The notes under the pieces are model-generated. The model was not told the origin of the DNA. It worked only from the letters and a program-made list of their open reading frames with translations, and searched no databases. DNA of 62,113 nucleotides, counting the filler, from Choristocarpus tenellus KU-1152 (lineage: Eukaryota; Protista; Phaeophyceae): assembly GCA_964200185.2 (NCBI GenBank). It is 13 parts of 13 records of this genome, joined end to end, with 100 filler letters (N's around TTAATTAATTAA, not from the genome) between each part and the next. Parts side by side here need not be neighbours in the genome. Positions count along the whole stretch, not along the records: positions 3,983 to 14,916 come from CAXNAD020002618.1; positions 15,017 to 22,626 come from CAXNAD020005878.1; positions 22,727 to 26,068 come from CAXNAD020020685.1; positions 26,169 to 29,675 come from CAXNAD020019559.1; 9 more parts are not named here. One strand, given 5' to 3'. Positions 12,555 through 26,192 of the stretch are shown piece by piece. How positions within the stretch are numbered: position 1 is the first letter of the stretch; the number at the start of each line of letters is the position of its first letter. Both the position numbers and the translations under genes were made by a program.

Positions 12555-14827
12555 AGTCTTCATCATTTACGATTGAGCTTGTAGTATGGGTAGTTTATTG
12601 TTTTGTTCAGTTAGGGCCTAAAGGTTTTTTGGATGGTCTCCAACTCCTGTGTGTTCATGTGGTTTGGATCTGACGGCTTATTTCTTTTCACAATGGTGCT
12701 GGATCTTTATGCTTTTCATGTGGAGCAGTCAGATGTGTTAGTTCACATGAGATAAGATACTTGAGGTTATTGTCTATGTGACTAAAGTAAGGTGTATAAA
12801 AGTCAATGCAAACACTGCCAAAATAAAAAAATTTATGACCCACTCTTTTCATTCCATTTGGACAAGTTTCCAAGCACTTTAACAATGCATGCCTTCGACA
12901 CCTTCACTTATCAACGGCCACTTATTATTCTCAATTTCGTAAACCAACACCATACTAACCTTCCTGTAATCACGAAACCTAACACTATACTTCAACTCAC
13001 CCACAACTCTGTACAAGCTCTTCTTTTAATGTTACTGGCAACTACCTCTAATCATGTCGTAAACCCAGGGTTCCAGCTAAATATCGGATTCACTATCCTA
13101 ACCCGAAGGTCACAAAGCAATCACAGCGCGTACATACACCAACCTTGCTCCATAAGCACTAGTGGATAATACGTGAACATGTCTTCTCACCAAATCCACT
13201 CTTTACACCACAATGTGCACATGGGTCGATGATACTTTGGCCCGGTACACTATGACAGGATAGCAACATAGTACTCTTTATCGGGAATAAAATGCGAACA
13301 GAATGTGCGCATGCGCTCGACACAGGACTAGGTTGCGCCTCATTTCAGCAACAGGGTTCTCGCCAGTTACAACATACACTACGCACGACAAAATTCACTT
13401 TCGTTCCCTCTCACAGAACAGAATAACCAGAAAAAATCAAATATTGTACTACGAAATGTCACTGTAGGTATCACTGATGAACTCTTAACCTAAAAAAATA
13501 TTTGATCGCGATGGATTTGAATTTCTCCAAACTCGCCTCTGTAATCTGCATCAGTTGTTCCAAGTTGACTTTAAAAAAGATTAATTCTGACCTCTAACTT
13601 TGATGCACTTTATATCACCCCTCCCAGCATATAAACAGCATAAAGGAATGTTAGTACTTGTCCAGTAGGTACGATGTCTCTCCCTTCCATGTGAAAGATG
13701 CATGTTTTGTAACTGTTGAACCAGATCTCCAAAAGGAACAAGTGTATACTAGTATCAGGGCAGACGCAAACTGGATTTGATGGTATTCCGTGACCTTTGG
13801 GACAGATTCTCTCAAAGAGAACAAGGATATCTGTTGATTTATTGAAGTCCTGTTCGGAGATCTATCTATTTTTTGTTGGTGTATACTCTGGTTAGAGGTC
13901 AAACGTGAACTGACTCTGACTGTGTCTTGCGACTATTGGAGATTCGTCCTCAAAACAAACAAGGGGATATGTCGATCAATTTTGGAAACAACTGATTTAT
14001 TTGGAACTGGAGTCACTGTGCTGGAAACAATTGGAAAATTTGAATCTGGAAGTCCCTATGAAACCAATTTGGGAAGTATTTCTTTTGGAACTTTTGGCTT
14101 ATGATCCAATGGCAACCAATACATGCTGATGTAGCATGATTGACGTAATAGACGATATATTTTGTCCTAGGCTATGGCAATCACCTATGGTAATACCTAA
14201 TTTCACTCTGAGGGTCATGTTACAGGCGATTAGCATGTCTGCTTTTGCGCTCTGACTAGTGTGAACAGTCTTGGTATGACATTCTCTACTTCTGTTGTAT
14301 TTGCTAGGACACTCCCTTTTTAATGATATTGTGATATATTGTTCTTATTTGTTTATATATGATTGTGAGGCATTATCTTGGTGTCCTGCAGTTGTTTGCA
14401 TTTGTAGGTCTGAAGGGGGGGAGAGTCTATGGCAGTAACCTAATTCAGAGTTATTGTGATTTTGCGCCTGTATTCATTTGTGTGGATAATTGTGAATGGG
14501 GAACGTCTTGCTGTGACACTCCCTATTTTTATGTTATTGTGAAAGGGTTGTCTTTATTTGGTTATGTGCTCATAGTACGTAGGGAGGGTACCCCTTTCTA
14601 TGGCAGCACCCTATCTCTTCGTGACTGTCAAATATTGTCTTAGTGTCCTGCAGTCGTTTGTGTTCATAGTTATCAAGGGCAGAGCCTTTCCCTGGCAGCA
14701 CCCTGTGAATGTGGGACATTATTTTTGCCCCTATATTTCTTTGTATCCCATGGTTTCGAAAAGGGAAGAGTCGTTTCAGAACGATCTCCTATTTGACACA
14801 CGAGTATAAGAATCTAGTGTACGATGT

Positions 14828-14916
14828 GGCTCAAAGTATCTGGGGGGAGGGGTGGCGGCTGTCCATTTGGGGTCAACTTTTTCATGTCACGATTTATGGG
14901 TTATTTGGTTGCATAT
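14828..14916 (+). mobile_element. MITE family B end, truncated by contig end
   Basis: GGCTCAAAGTATCTGGGGGG..GTCCATTTGGGGTCAA matches the complete copy at 59529-59711. Other truncated ends: 26169-26192, 29657-29675, 38304-38374, 42850-42870, 50060-50131, 50232-50287, 53324-53370, ~59378-59408, 62039-62113. Confidence 0.85.
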
Positions 14917-15016
14917 NNNNNNNNNNNNNNNNNNNNNNNNNNNNNNNNNNNNNNNNNNNNTTAATTAATTAANNNNNNNNNNNNNNNNNNNNNNNNNNNN
15001 NNNNNNNNNNNNNNNN

Positions 15017-18000
15017 GTGATTCTCTTCGCCACCCTTGCTTGAGTGAACCACGCCGCCACAGAATCACACGATTCACAATAGCAGCAATACAGTATGTGT
15101 TTTTCCATGTAATTCAACTGCTAGCTTTCGGCGACGAGCCTTACATACGCCAAGCTTCTCTCAACACGCTTAAGTACCTAATCCAAACTCTAGCTAGGGG
15201 AGGCGCAGCCGGACTGGTTTGGTTTGAATTAGTACTGCATCACTCATGGTTTCTGATGGGTCTCACACGGGTTCAGAAGAAACTCATCAGAGTGGGTGAC
15301 ATTGAATTCACTAAGGGGGAAGATATCAGTGAAGAAGATGTCAACAAGGCCAGCGTTCGAGGGCCACGATACAGCAAGCTGATCGTTCGCGCTACTTCTC
15401 TCTCTTCAACGGGAAGCAGCTGATCGCGGAGAGCCAGGGAGCGCTCTGTCCGCACAGACCCAGCAAACGGTTAGCCGAGGAGGCAACCAAGGTGCGACTG
15501 GTCATCGTACACACCATAAGACGACAGGATCCTGTCCTAGGGGGCTGACCAAGGCCAGAGAAATTTATGCCCAAGGTGCAGATTGGAAAGACACGCAGGT
15601 CCTTGCACATATAAAGGACTGTGCTGCAGCTGCAGGAGCAGAGGCCGCCAGCAAGCTGTTTGCCCTCAGAGGAGGGTGGAACCACCAAAGTCCGTGGGAA
15701 GTTAATATCGCCAGAAGGTGAATCCGTTAAAGTCGGCGGAAGAACTAGCTGGATCAGAGGAACCGGCTAGGACAGGAAGGAAGTTTAAAGACCATGTCAG
15801 TCGCTGTGACTGAAAATGGCAAGGTGAGAACGAATGCTTTCGAAACATGGTGTTTTGATTTGGGGACTTCCAATAATGTGACGAAAGGCCCAAAGTACAT
15901 TTATGACTTCACCACATGTCCATAAGGCTGCAAAATGACTGTGGCTGACGGCACATCACTACCCATTGTGGGGTATGGCAAGATTGATTGGAAATTCAAT
16001 GTTTGGCCGCGACGAGTGGGTGCATATCACTTTAGCGTCTGTCGCATTTGTCCCGAATATAGCATGCAATCTTGTATCCTAACACTCTGCTTGAAGGATG
16101 AGGACGAGAGAGTAGTGGTGATTTATTTGTTGTTTTCTGCATACTTCCCTTCACATCTCTCGAGGACTAGAGGACACATCGTATCTACTCTCAGTCCAAG
16201 AGCTGGGTGGTGTTGAGAATAGGATCTCCTGGACTGATCGAGAGGACAGAGGGAATATGAGAGAGATGTTTATTGTTATGGATGAAGGTCTATATTGGTG
16301 AGAGCTGAGGAAGTGGAGACCGGATGCTCAGGTCACCATTGTGCAAGCTTCTTTGATTTTTCTGCTTTTTTTATTTTGTAACAGTTGCATTGTTTGATAT
16401 TTTTCGTCTGTTTTCCATTGAGACTACCCTTGTGGTGTGTGCGAGTCATGGTTCTATTAGAGTGTTAGCGGATGAGCTCCCTCCAGAACCCAAGACTGTA
16501 AGAGCAGCACGTAGTTCTCCCAAATGTGATCTATGGGATGGAGCTAGAGCAGAAGAGATGTCTGGTTTGTTGTTGAATAATGTTTGGGTGGAGGCCGTAT
16601 TACCCTCTGGACGCAAGGTAATAGACACTAAATGGATTCACAAGCGTAAGACTAACAAATTTGGTGAGGTATTAGATACAAGGCACGTTTGGTAGCAGAA
16701 GGTTTTCGACAGACTGAGGGTTTAGGTTACCAAGATATCTTTGCAGCAACACCGTCCCCTGCGTCTTTGAAAATGGTTTTAGCATTAGCTGCAGACAAAG
16801 ATTGGGAATTGAAGCATTGGGATGTGAAACAAGCTTTTATCCGAGCAGATATTAGTGAAGAGATCTTTGTTCGTTTATGTGATGGATGTGGTATATGGTC
16901 TGGAAAGATTGTGCGTTTTGTCAAGGCACTTTATGGCACCAAACAGGCAAGCAGAGAGTTCAATAATCTGTTGGTGCACGTTTTGGAACAGTGTGTGGTT
17001 TTGAGCAATGCAGAGCAGATCCCTGTGTATTACGCTACGTAAGAGATGGCGTTGTTTGTGCTGTGATAGCCCCCCACGTAGACGTTCTTTTGGTAGCTGG
17101 TAAAATTGATGTTTTGATTTGGGTTCACTGTAGGATTAAGGAGCAGTTTTCCATAGAAGATTTAGGTGATATTGATTATTGTATGGGTTGTGAGATTTCA
17201 CGTGACAGAACTGCACAGACTGTCACCATCAGTCAGACTAGGTACATTAAGAGTATTTGTCAAGGATTTGGTATGGATGGGGCAAAGAAGAGGTCGATAC
17301 CCCATGATCTCTCAAGGACTCTAGACAAGAGTGAGAATCATCCAAGTTTTGATAAAAAGAATACACCGTACAGAGAGGAAGTTGGTAGTTTGATGTGGGC
17401 ATCTGTTATGACTAGGCATGACATTGAAAATGCAGTTTGGGAAGTTGCCAAGTACAGTAGCAATCCCAAAGTCACACATTGGCGTGCAGTAAAATGTATT
17501 CTAGTATATTTGAATACATTTCCCAATGTTGGATTGAGTTTTGGTGGTTTTGATACTGAGTGTGAGTTGAGTGCATATGCTGATGCTAGTTATGCTGGAG
17601 ACTTTAATGATCGTAGATAAGTGACTGGAGGAGCAATTATGTTGCAGGAGGAGAAATATCTTGGATGTCAAAAGTACAAAGAGTTGTATCTCTGTCTTCA
17701 ACGGAGAGTGAATACATAGCTCTTAGCAGTGTGGCACAGGAAGTACTTTTCTTGAGAAGCGTTTTTGAGTTTATTCAGTCACAGTTTCCTAGGCGTTGCA
17801 TTAACATGTTTGAGGATAACGATGATGCATGCAAACTAGTAGGAAATGCCACAAGCTCTACAGAACAAAGCACATTGACATCCGATATAATTTTCTGAGG
17901 GTTTTGCCTAGAAAAGGAGAAGTTCGTGTTGTTTTTGTTGGTACTGCAAATCAGAGGGCAGATGTATAGACCAAGAATTTGCCAATTTGAGTTTTTAGAC

Positions 18001-18406
18001 AATATGTGAAGTTTTTGATGAGCATGTGAGACAACATGTGTGTTTTATTTTATTTCCTTTTTTTGTGATTGTTTGATAGTTATTACTTGTTTTCAGCAAG
18101 GGGAGGATGTAGAATAATCTAGTGTTATCCTTACGTTATCAGTGCTGATCCAAGTATACAACATAGGTTTATGTACGTTGATCTTTAGTTCGGTACAATA
18201 CAAAGTAGTGACATGCACAGCGGTACGTTATGGTGGGCCAGTGGGACATTATAAGTGGTATAGTGGGACAATAGCAGTAATATAGCTATATTGGGCACCA
18301 AGTGGACAATACCCTACGGACAATAAATAATTCAGTGTGTCTTTTACCGTGTAATTCAACTGCTAGCTTTCAGCAACGAGCCTTACATACGCCAAGCTTC
18401 TCAACT
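15017..18406 (+). mobile_element. Ty1/Copia LTR retrotransposon, degenerate, integrase deleted
   Basis: The LTR 3' portion at 15086-15166 matches the end of the 3' LTR at 18108-18406, which follows PPT AAGGGGAGGA. Gag and zinc-knuckle remnants at 15170-15660. Protease WCFDLGTS..MTVADG at ~15850. RT KWIHKRK..AEGFRQ..DVKQAF..KALYGTKQA..HVD. RNase H AYADASYA..SSTESEY..EDN. Confidence 0.9.
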
Positions 18407-19441
18407 CTGCCTATCTCTCATTTTTGGTTTGGCACAATGGTCAAGAGCAGGAGGAGGATGTGGACGAAGAAGTAGAGAAATAGTAGTTCGTGTAGAGATT
18501 GAAGGAAATAGTGAATTGTGTGATCACAAAATACTTCAATGATTCAATTATTCATTGACCCAAACATCACAGCAACTTGCAGGCACACACATATTAATTT
18601 AGTGTCTGTCATAAATAGAATGCACCGAATATCTGTGCTCTCTGCTTTGCTCATCATGCCAAATACCTCGAAGTGCTTCACAGCTATCCCAACAGAAATT
18701 GCTGTGTTTTCAAGTCCTGTAATACTCCCAATATTATCACCTACACCCACAAGCATTTTAAACATACACTCTCTACCACTGTATGCTTCATGTGAAGCCT
18801 TGAACTACTGCCGCTTTTACCAGTGATGCGCAATTTCCACCTCATTCCCACAATTTCGATACACTAGAAGTAGCTTCGTGCCATTTGCTACCTGCCGAAT
18901 TCAATTTATAAAATTTGAACAAGAACTATGAAAGTTACGGTCATGTTCCCATAAACTGGTTCCTTCTACAATAGTTCCAGGATCTAGCCCGAGTCTCGAC
19001 TGAAAGTAGTACACTCTGAAATTACTGAATTTCCCAGATGGCCAAGGAGGAAAAATACCAGGCTGCAGCGACAAATAGCTTCAGCGTACATCAAAGTCAA
19101 GTCCTTCCCTATCACTTATCTACCTCAAAATACAACTTAAACACCCTGCAATATCATATCCATCATCTCGGTCTAGTAGGTCACAATGAAATGAGACCGA
19201 GAAAACTGATCAAACACTTCTGCTCTTGTTGCACAACATGTACAGTTCTAGGCTACCTACAAAAATATGGTAATTCTCACTTGTTCAAGGTTTACAAAAC
19301 AAGAATCAGTTTCTAAGTTGTCATGATGAACTGCTCAGTATGCTTGTAGCACAAGCGTATTTGGCACGAGCTGCCAAGGGACGTAGTTTTATTAGTTCAC
19401 CTTCGCACAATTTCTGTGATCGGCAAAGGATAGGAGCACAC

Positions 19442-20244
19442 CCTTGAGCTCCCTGCTGCTGGAGATAAATCAGCAACGCCTTCGTGCCCTCCAGGGACAG
19501 TCGCATTTGACCCCGGCAAAGTTGTCAAGCCCCCTCGGATGGAAAAAGAAGAGCTAACAACATTTGACCTTGCCTTGCCTTGCGGCTTTGGACCTGTCTT
19601 TTTACATATTTCGTATACGCACGACACTCCTGCCCGAAAGCACCTTTCGCAAGGGTTGTTCCTATCGCATCGTTTCTTGAACCTGTGGAAGAAAAGGTGC
19701 CAGAGTATGGAGTATTGGACTATTGTTTTTAAGATCAAACAGGTCTGATTATTGACAACTGTTCCTGATATACAACAGAGTTGAGGACTGAATCGGAGAG
19801 AAAGAGAAACGAGGGAGATGGAAAAACTATCGAGGGCAATGCACAGGAGAGTGTGGCGTAGAAGGAAAGAGTGTGGAGACTCCGCAGGGGGGGAGGCAAA
19901 ACAAAACAGGAAAAGGGCAGGACTATATGGGCAGTGGTAATAATGTTGTACCTGGCGCATGAATTGCAAGTTTTCCGCCGACGAAAACGGGGAGGAGTGG
20001 TCCTGTCGCTGTTTTGTTTCTCCTCTCGACATCCTGCGGTGGCTCCAAGGAGCGATGCGACTCCCCCACTAGTCCACGACTGACGTGGAACTCGAGGGAG
20101 TCTGTCGTGATAGCTGGGCATGAGTCGATATTCCCGAGGGGGCACGAATATCTGAGCTATCTTTACTTCTGGATGTATGGCAGCAGGTCTCCGATTATCA
20201 TCAACAATGACGTGACCTTTCTCCCGACCAGTAGCAGCGTTCAT
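19442..20244 (-). CDS. Zn(II)2Cys6 (GAL4-type) zinc-cluster transcription factor, 5' exons
   Basis: Exon 20244-19952 (..RRRKTCNSCA AG|gt) and exon 19682-19442 (ag|G FKKRCDRNNPCERCFRAGVSCVY) join in frame to give C-x2-C-x6-C-x5-C-x2-C-x6-C. The start codon and downstream exons are uncertain. Confidence 0.88.
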
Positions 20245-21347
20245 GTGCTCCCCACAAGTCCAGAAAATGTTGTGTTGGGGCGGCCCAGTTGTTGTTAAGG
20301 CTTATTATTCAACAAGAACATACTGCGCTTTGGTGATGGTAAGTCTGTAATAAAGAAGGGTGGTGGGGTGGAAATGTATATTCTCCAAAGTTTTATTTGT
20401 GTTTGTATCTTCCATATAAAAAAAAGAGAATGTGATGGATATATTTCAGATTGTTTCTAGAACAGCCTTAAGCACAACAATCGTCAGTTTGATGTAAGAC
20501 GACCCAGTGCGCAAGATTACAGGCTGTACAGAATATTTCATACCTGAGTGGTATCTGTATTACATTCGTTTGAGAAAGTAATTAGTCTACTTCTAAAAAA
20601 ATCTAATACATACAAACTTTCGACAAAGTAGTAAATAAAAAATAGATTGCTTACTACAGTTACATTATGAATCGTGTGCACTTGTGAACGGATAAATCCT
20701 GTTAGGATATTGTAAGAGTCTAATCCACATCCGTGCGCACACACAAGTTTGTTGTGTGAACATTCGTTTGTGATTGGTAATGTTTCCATCTATATCGGAC
20801 ATAGTGAAGTCTTGAGAATTCTCAGACCCCTTGCCTTTGACAGTCACAAGGATGTGGCGTCACCCATGGGATCCGAGATTCCATTCAAACTTCTACGAAG
20901 ATTTGATGGTCTAGAAAGCTTGGGTTTGCTGAAAGCACCCCACCATGACACAACTAGTGATTCTGAACACTCCTCAAAACTTATTGGACCCTGCCTCGCG
21001 ACAGTGGTACTCACGCCGACAGTCTAAGGGATGGATCTGCCCAGTAAAGAAGTAAACAAAGCTAAAAATAAACGAAACAAGAGCGACAAAGGTAAAGGGA
21101 AGACCACTGACCCAAGTGAGCCAGAATAAATTACAAGCTGGGAATCTGGGGGAAATGGCGATATTCCATCAACCAATTTGGTTGATGGCGTCCTAGGAGG
21201 CTCGCTTGGGCAAAACGGGTTGGCGGGGGTTCAACTCAGGGACAGGTCCCCCCGCAATACGGTACCCTCATCTAGCAAACGATTCGGGGTCTTGGAGCAG
21301 AGCTACGAGTCGGATAAACCTTCACGACAGACTATTGACATGGTCAA

Positions 21348-21424
21348 TCTTAACCCTAAATCTAACCCGAACCCTAATCCCAACCTTCCACTGTAAGTCT
21401 AAGTCTAACTCTAACTCTAACCCT
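21348..21424. repeat. Degenerate interstitial telomere-like (CCCTAA/CTCTAA)n tract
   Basis: Direct reading; similar tracts at ~23902-23915, 47597-47624, 53627-53691, 53899-53918 and 54671-54698. Confidence 0.7.
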
Positions 21425-22524
21425 GACGATCCAAACAACCTCTCTCCCTACTCCGTCTGATTCATTAATAAAGCTGTAGTGAGGGGTCAAATAAATTTCA
21501 CTCTGATTTCGGAATTATTTTCATATTCCAAACCTAAACAGTAAGAAAACAGAATAGTGAATAGGCCACTTATTTCACAAGAAGGAGAACAAGGCGAACA
21601 AGAACAAGAACATCGATAGGAAGAACGAGAATAATAATAACAGGGTCCAATACATCAAACATACCTCATGTACTATCTAGTATTGAACTACAAAACAAAA
21701 ACTTCAAACTCGTTTGTTTGGTCCAAGGTACTCTATGATTATTGAAGGTGTTGACTGAATATTACACTATTAATACAAATTTCATTTGATGTATATTCAC
21801 AATAGATCATTAATATATTATTATTTCCTCACTTTTAGTCTGAAACATCTCCACCATCTCGATCCTACGCAACTCTTCTTGATTTGTCAGCAGATAACAC
21901 ACACTCCAATATTTCTACAATCCGAGTGACCTGATTTGCTACAAGTAATCGCACTGGCCGTTCCCTCCCTTGATTCTTAATCACACTTTGAGTTCAGCCC
22001 TTCCACCACTCACTGCTCCACCTACTCCCTCCAATCTAGTGATTCGTACTACACCCACCCCACTAACTCTTCATCATCACGTTCCAGATTTCTTAGTGAG
22101 TTTCTTTTTGTGGATTATGGTAGGATAATATGTTATATGGTAACAATAGGTAGGTGTACCTTCCCAACACCCTTGTCATGTGGTCCATCGATTTCAAATT
22201 TTGGAGAGAGTAAACTCCACAATCGAGGAGTATAAGGTGGAGTGATGAGTGGTGAGATTGCTGAACTGAAGACGCAATTACAAAACAAGAGAGGTATAGA
22301 GTACTGTAGTTAGTTAGTTGAAGCGCAGCAGGCAGTTCGTACGCAGAAGAAATAGTTGATGGTAGATAGATGAGTAGAGAAAATGCATCCTAATAGTGAA
22401 CAAATAAAAATACTATTCACAACCCCTACAATTCAGTTTTGCTTTTTGTTTTTCCTCTACACATCTGTAAAATGTGAGGGGCAATAGAAATGTATAAAAA
22501 TAACTCCGCCTTGAACGCGAGAAT

Positions 22525-22626
22525 TATGCAAAAGAGAACTACTCAAGTAGAGTATTTTGCTTTGTGTAGTATGGATATGTTTATTAGCGGAGTGATCACA
22601 GCCCTCGGTGATGGGGGGTGCTCTCT
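22525..22626 (-). mobile_element. Partial LTR of the TATGCAAAAGAG family
   Basis: Matches the starts of the LTRs at 4985, 9391 and 33666; cut by the contig end. Confidence 0.85.
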
Positions 22627-22726
22627 NNNNNNNNNNNNNNNNNNNNNNNNNNNNNNNNNNNNNNNNNNNNTTAATTAATTAANNNNNNNNNNNNNNNNNN
22701 NNNNNNNNNNNNNNNNNNNNNNNNNN

Positions 22727-22830
22727 TATGTATGTATGTATGTATGTATGTATGTATGTATGTATGTATGTATGTATGTATGTATGTATGTATGTTATGT
22801 ATGTTGGTTATGTATGTTGAGTATGTATGT
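22727..22830. repeat. (TATG)n microsatellite
   Basis: Direct reading. The same contig holds (AAGGTC)n at 23266-23296, (GTTA)n at 23711-23763, TTTTATAC-type repeats at 24055-24305 and 7-bp CATTAGT-type repeats at 24556-24730. Confidence 0.9.
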
Positions 22831-23709
22831 TGTTTGTGTATTTGAAAGAGTAAAAAATGTATTTACTATTTAGTAATCGCAACAGATCAAAACACATATA
22901 CCCACTGAACTGCCATCAAGCACTAGAGATCCCTATGCTAAGGCCAAACCCACACCAAGACTAGCATTTCCTTCTCGATTAGCATGAGCCTGGTATGGTT
23001 TGACATTAAGTGATCTCTTCTCTCAACCTACAGTGCTGCTAAGAAGGCAATCTCGCACCACAATAGGGGGTCAAAGTCAAAGAAAGTCAAAGAAAGTCAA
23101 AGAAAGTCAAAGCCAAAGAAATTCAAAGTCAAAATCAAAGCAACTATGTTTGGAAAGACCAATAACAAACACAAGTGAGGTCAAGTCAATTTTTTTCTTC
23201 ACTTATGGTACTAAAAATAAAAAAATAGAAACACACAAAAGATAAAAAAAAGAGGACGCCCGTACAAGGTCAAGGTCAAGGTCAAGGTCAAGGTCACAAA
23301 GCTTGGGAAAGGACATCACTTCAGAGCAAACCGATTCCACAAACCATCACCACCAACAACTATCAACAACCATCAACAACCAGCACACACCAACTACACA
23401 ATATTCCGTGTGCCTGGGGGTTTACCAAGAGGTTGTCACAAGCATTACAAATAGAAATAAAATAATAATATCATATAATATAATATAACAGATCCAATCT
23501 GTTTTTGTCAAGATAAAAAACACAAAACAAACATCAAAATTGGTGAAACCAAATAAGGCAAGTCAATTAAATAAAACTCACCCTAGGCATGCCCACAGAC
23601 AAGCGGCGGCGTGGCGACAACTCCGACCCCTGTTCTCCCCCATCTACCTGCCCCTCTGCCCTCCAGGTCTGCACCCACTTCACCTCATCTGAGTCCTTTT
23701 ACCGAGGTG

Positions 23710-23753
<44 letters not shown>

Positions 23754-25189
23754 GGTTAGTTAGTGAGTGTTTGGTGTTTGTTGGTAAGGGGATACAAGGG
23801 GAAGGGGAGGTGGAGGCGGAGAAATAGAGGTTATGACAAAATATATATATAAAAAGAAAAAGAGTCTTGGCGAGCAGGTGCAAAGAGTGAGAGGATGAAC
23901 AAACCCTAACCCTAAGAAAAAAATAAATAAAAGGTAACAGAAGACTGCAAGTGCATGAGTGCGCAGGTAGTCAGACAATCCACTCACAAACTAACCATTC
24001 TACCTATCATGCTCCTTTCCCAAGAGTAAGCACCACTTATCATCATTATCAGCACCTTTATACTTCTATACTTTTATACTTTATAATTTTACACTTTTAT
24101 ACTTTATAATTTTACACTTCTATACTTTATATTTTTATACTTTATAATTTTACACTTCTATACATTATATTTTTATACTTCATACTTTCATGCTTTATAC
24201 TTTATATATTTATACTTCATACTTTCATGCTTTATACTTTGTACTTCTATACATTATACTTTTATACTTTCATGTTTTATACTTTCATGCTTAATACTTT
24301 TATATCTTGCCAAAAACCAGAAAGTTGCACCAATCACAAGAGAGCCCCTGAAGCAAATCAAAACAAATGGATAAGAAAAGGATAATTCAAACCTTCTTGC
24401 CAAGAAAACAATCAAACCCCCTTCCTCTCACCACAGTCTGTGTCCAGATGTCCCTCCCCCACCATTGGCTGATTGCATCCCCCTCCACTATCTGTCATGA
24501 CACATTCAATGGCAACATCCCAAAAAACATACCCACAAACAACATCGCAACATACAGTTATTAGTCATTAGTTATCACTCATTGGTCATGAGTAATTGGT
24601 CATCAGTTATTAGTTATTAGTTACCAGTCATTGGTCATTAGCAATTAGTAATTAGCAATCAGTCATTGGTCATTAGTAATTAGTGATTAGAAATCAGTCA
24701 TTGGTCATTAGCTGCCAGTTATTAGCTATCAGTATCCGTGAAGAAATGAAATGGGCTAGAAGGGGTGCAGAAATTCAAGTCCTGTCTGGGGGCAAGCAGG
24801 AAAGGGGTCAGAGTGAGAACTAGGCAACGAAAGGCAGCCTTATGTTCAGGAAACAAAAATAAATAAATTCACAACACATGGTAAGTAAGGTACATCAAAA
24901 ACTTCCTCTTTCGGTAGGGGTATGGTATTGTATGGTATTGATGGGAAGGGTGCCATCTCAAGTCACCAATTGATTGTTCCTAAAGAGGCAGGGTACAGTC
25001 CATCAATACCAATTGTTACAACAATAATAAAAAATATAAACACATTTCCTTTGTATCACACATGCCGGAAGAATCAACACACCCTCACCTTTGTTACACC
25101 ATACTCCCCCAAATTGCTTCTCCACAATAAATAACTTGAGTCTGGGTGAGTATGTGATGTGGTGTAGCACCATTTCCAACACCATCAGT

Positions 25190-25306
25190 TGTCTAACAAC
25201 AACCATACTGTCTAACAACAACCATACTGTCTAACAACAATCATACTGTCTAACAACAATCATACTGTCAAATAACAATCGTACTATCTAATAACAATCA
25301 TACTGA
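25190..25306. repeat. 19-bp minisatellite, ~6 copies (TGTCTAACAACAAYCATAC)
   Basis: Direct reading. Confidence 0.9.
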
Positions 25307-25435
25307 CCTTTCATGTCTCTGTGTCCGTGTGTCAGCTACAAATATTCTTACCATACTTACCATAGTACATAAACTCTTCACCTACACTCTCTGTGGTATG
25401 AAATTTGAATAATACACCAAAGAAGTTTCAGGTAT

Positions 25436-25560
25436 GAAGCAATCAAGAGTCTTTGTGCTTGAAGATTTTGGTTTCCTCAACATGGACAGGCATTTTGACA
25501 CGAGAAAGAAGTTGTACAAACAAGACCATGGGGTATACCTCCTACATGGTACAAACAGGA
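25436..25560 (+). pseudogene. Possible SGNH-esterase C-terminal remnant (LINE ORF1-like)
   Basis: With one frameshift it reads EAIKSLC/EDFGFLNMDRHFDTRKKLYKQDHGVYL, resembling the F-x-D..LY-xx-DG-x-HL block. Weak. Confidence 0.25.
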
Positions 25561-25968
25561 ATGGCAACATACTCCACTTCCCTTTCCTAGTGACCACATT
25601 CCCTTGTACATCAAATTAAAAAAATATTACTTTTTTTTAATATGCTGCCACAACGGTGACAATTCAGAACAGAATGTCTACATCCTTATCAATGAGCTGG
25701 TTATTGATTCCAACTGACACTGGGGACAGGGATGTGTCCAAGTGAATGATATTAACATAAATAATATAAAAGGTTATCTGGTCTGTGCAGAGTGTTTGTA
25801 CATGTTTGGCTATGCAATACCCCTCCCATCGCTTCTGATGATAAAATACACATTTTAAAAAACAATGATCACATCTGAGTAAACCAAATAATTTACCTCT
25901 CCTCAAATCACTCCAATCACCTCACCCCTCTCCCTCCACTACAATACAACCATGTACATCATCAAAGC

Positions 25969-26016
<48 letters not shown>

Positions 26017-26192
26017 ACCCCCCCCCCTCTCCCATCTTCCTCAATACCACACACACAAGCACGAACGGNNNNNNNNNNNNNNNNNNNNNNNNNNNNNNNN
26101 NNNNNNNNNNNNTTAATTAATTAANNNNNNNNNNNNNNNNNNNNNNNNNNNNNNNNNNNNNNNNNNNNCCCCCCTCCCAGATACTTTGGGTC

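Noticed and set aside
11070-12566. Long antisense ORFs here and opposite the genes at 43.2-44.1 kb, 58.6-59.3 kb and 60.4-61.7 kb
   Set aside because: Shadow ORFs of real or former coding sequence.
23582-23706. GC-rich exon-like island with GTGAGT donors on both strands
   Set aside because: Strand and frame are undecidable and no homology was recognised.
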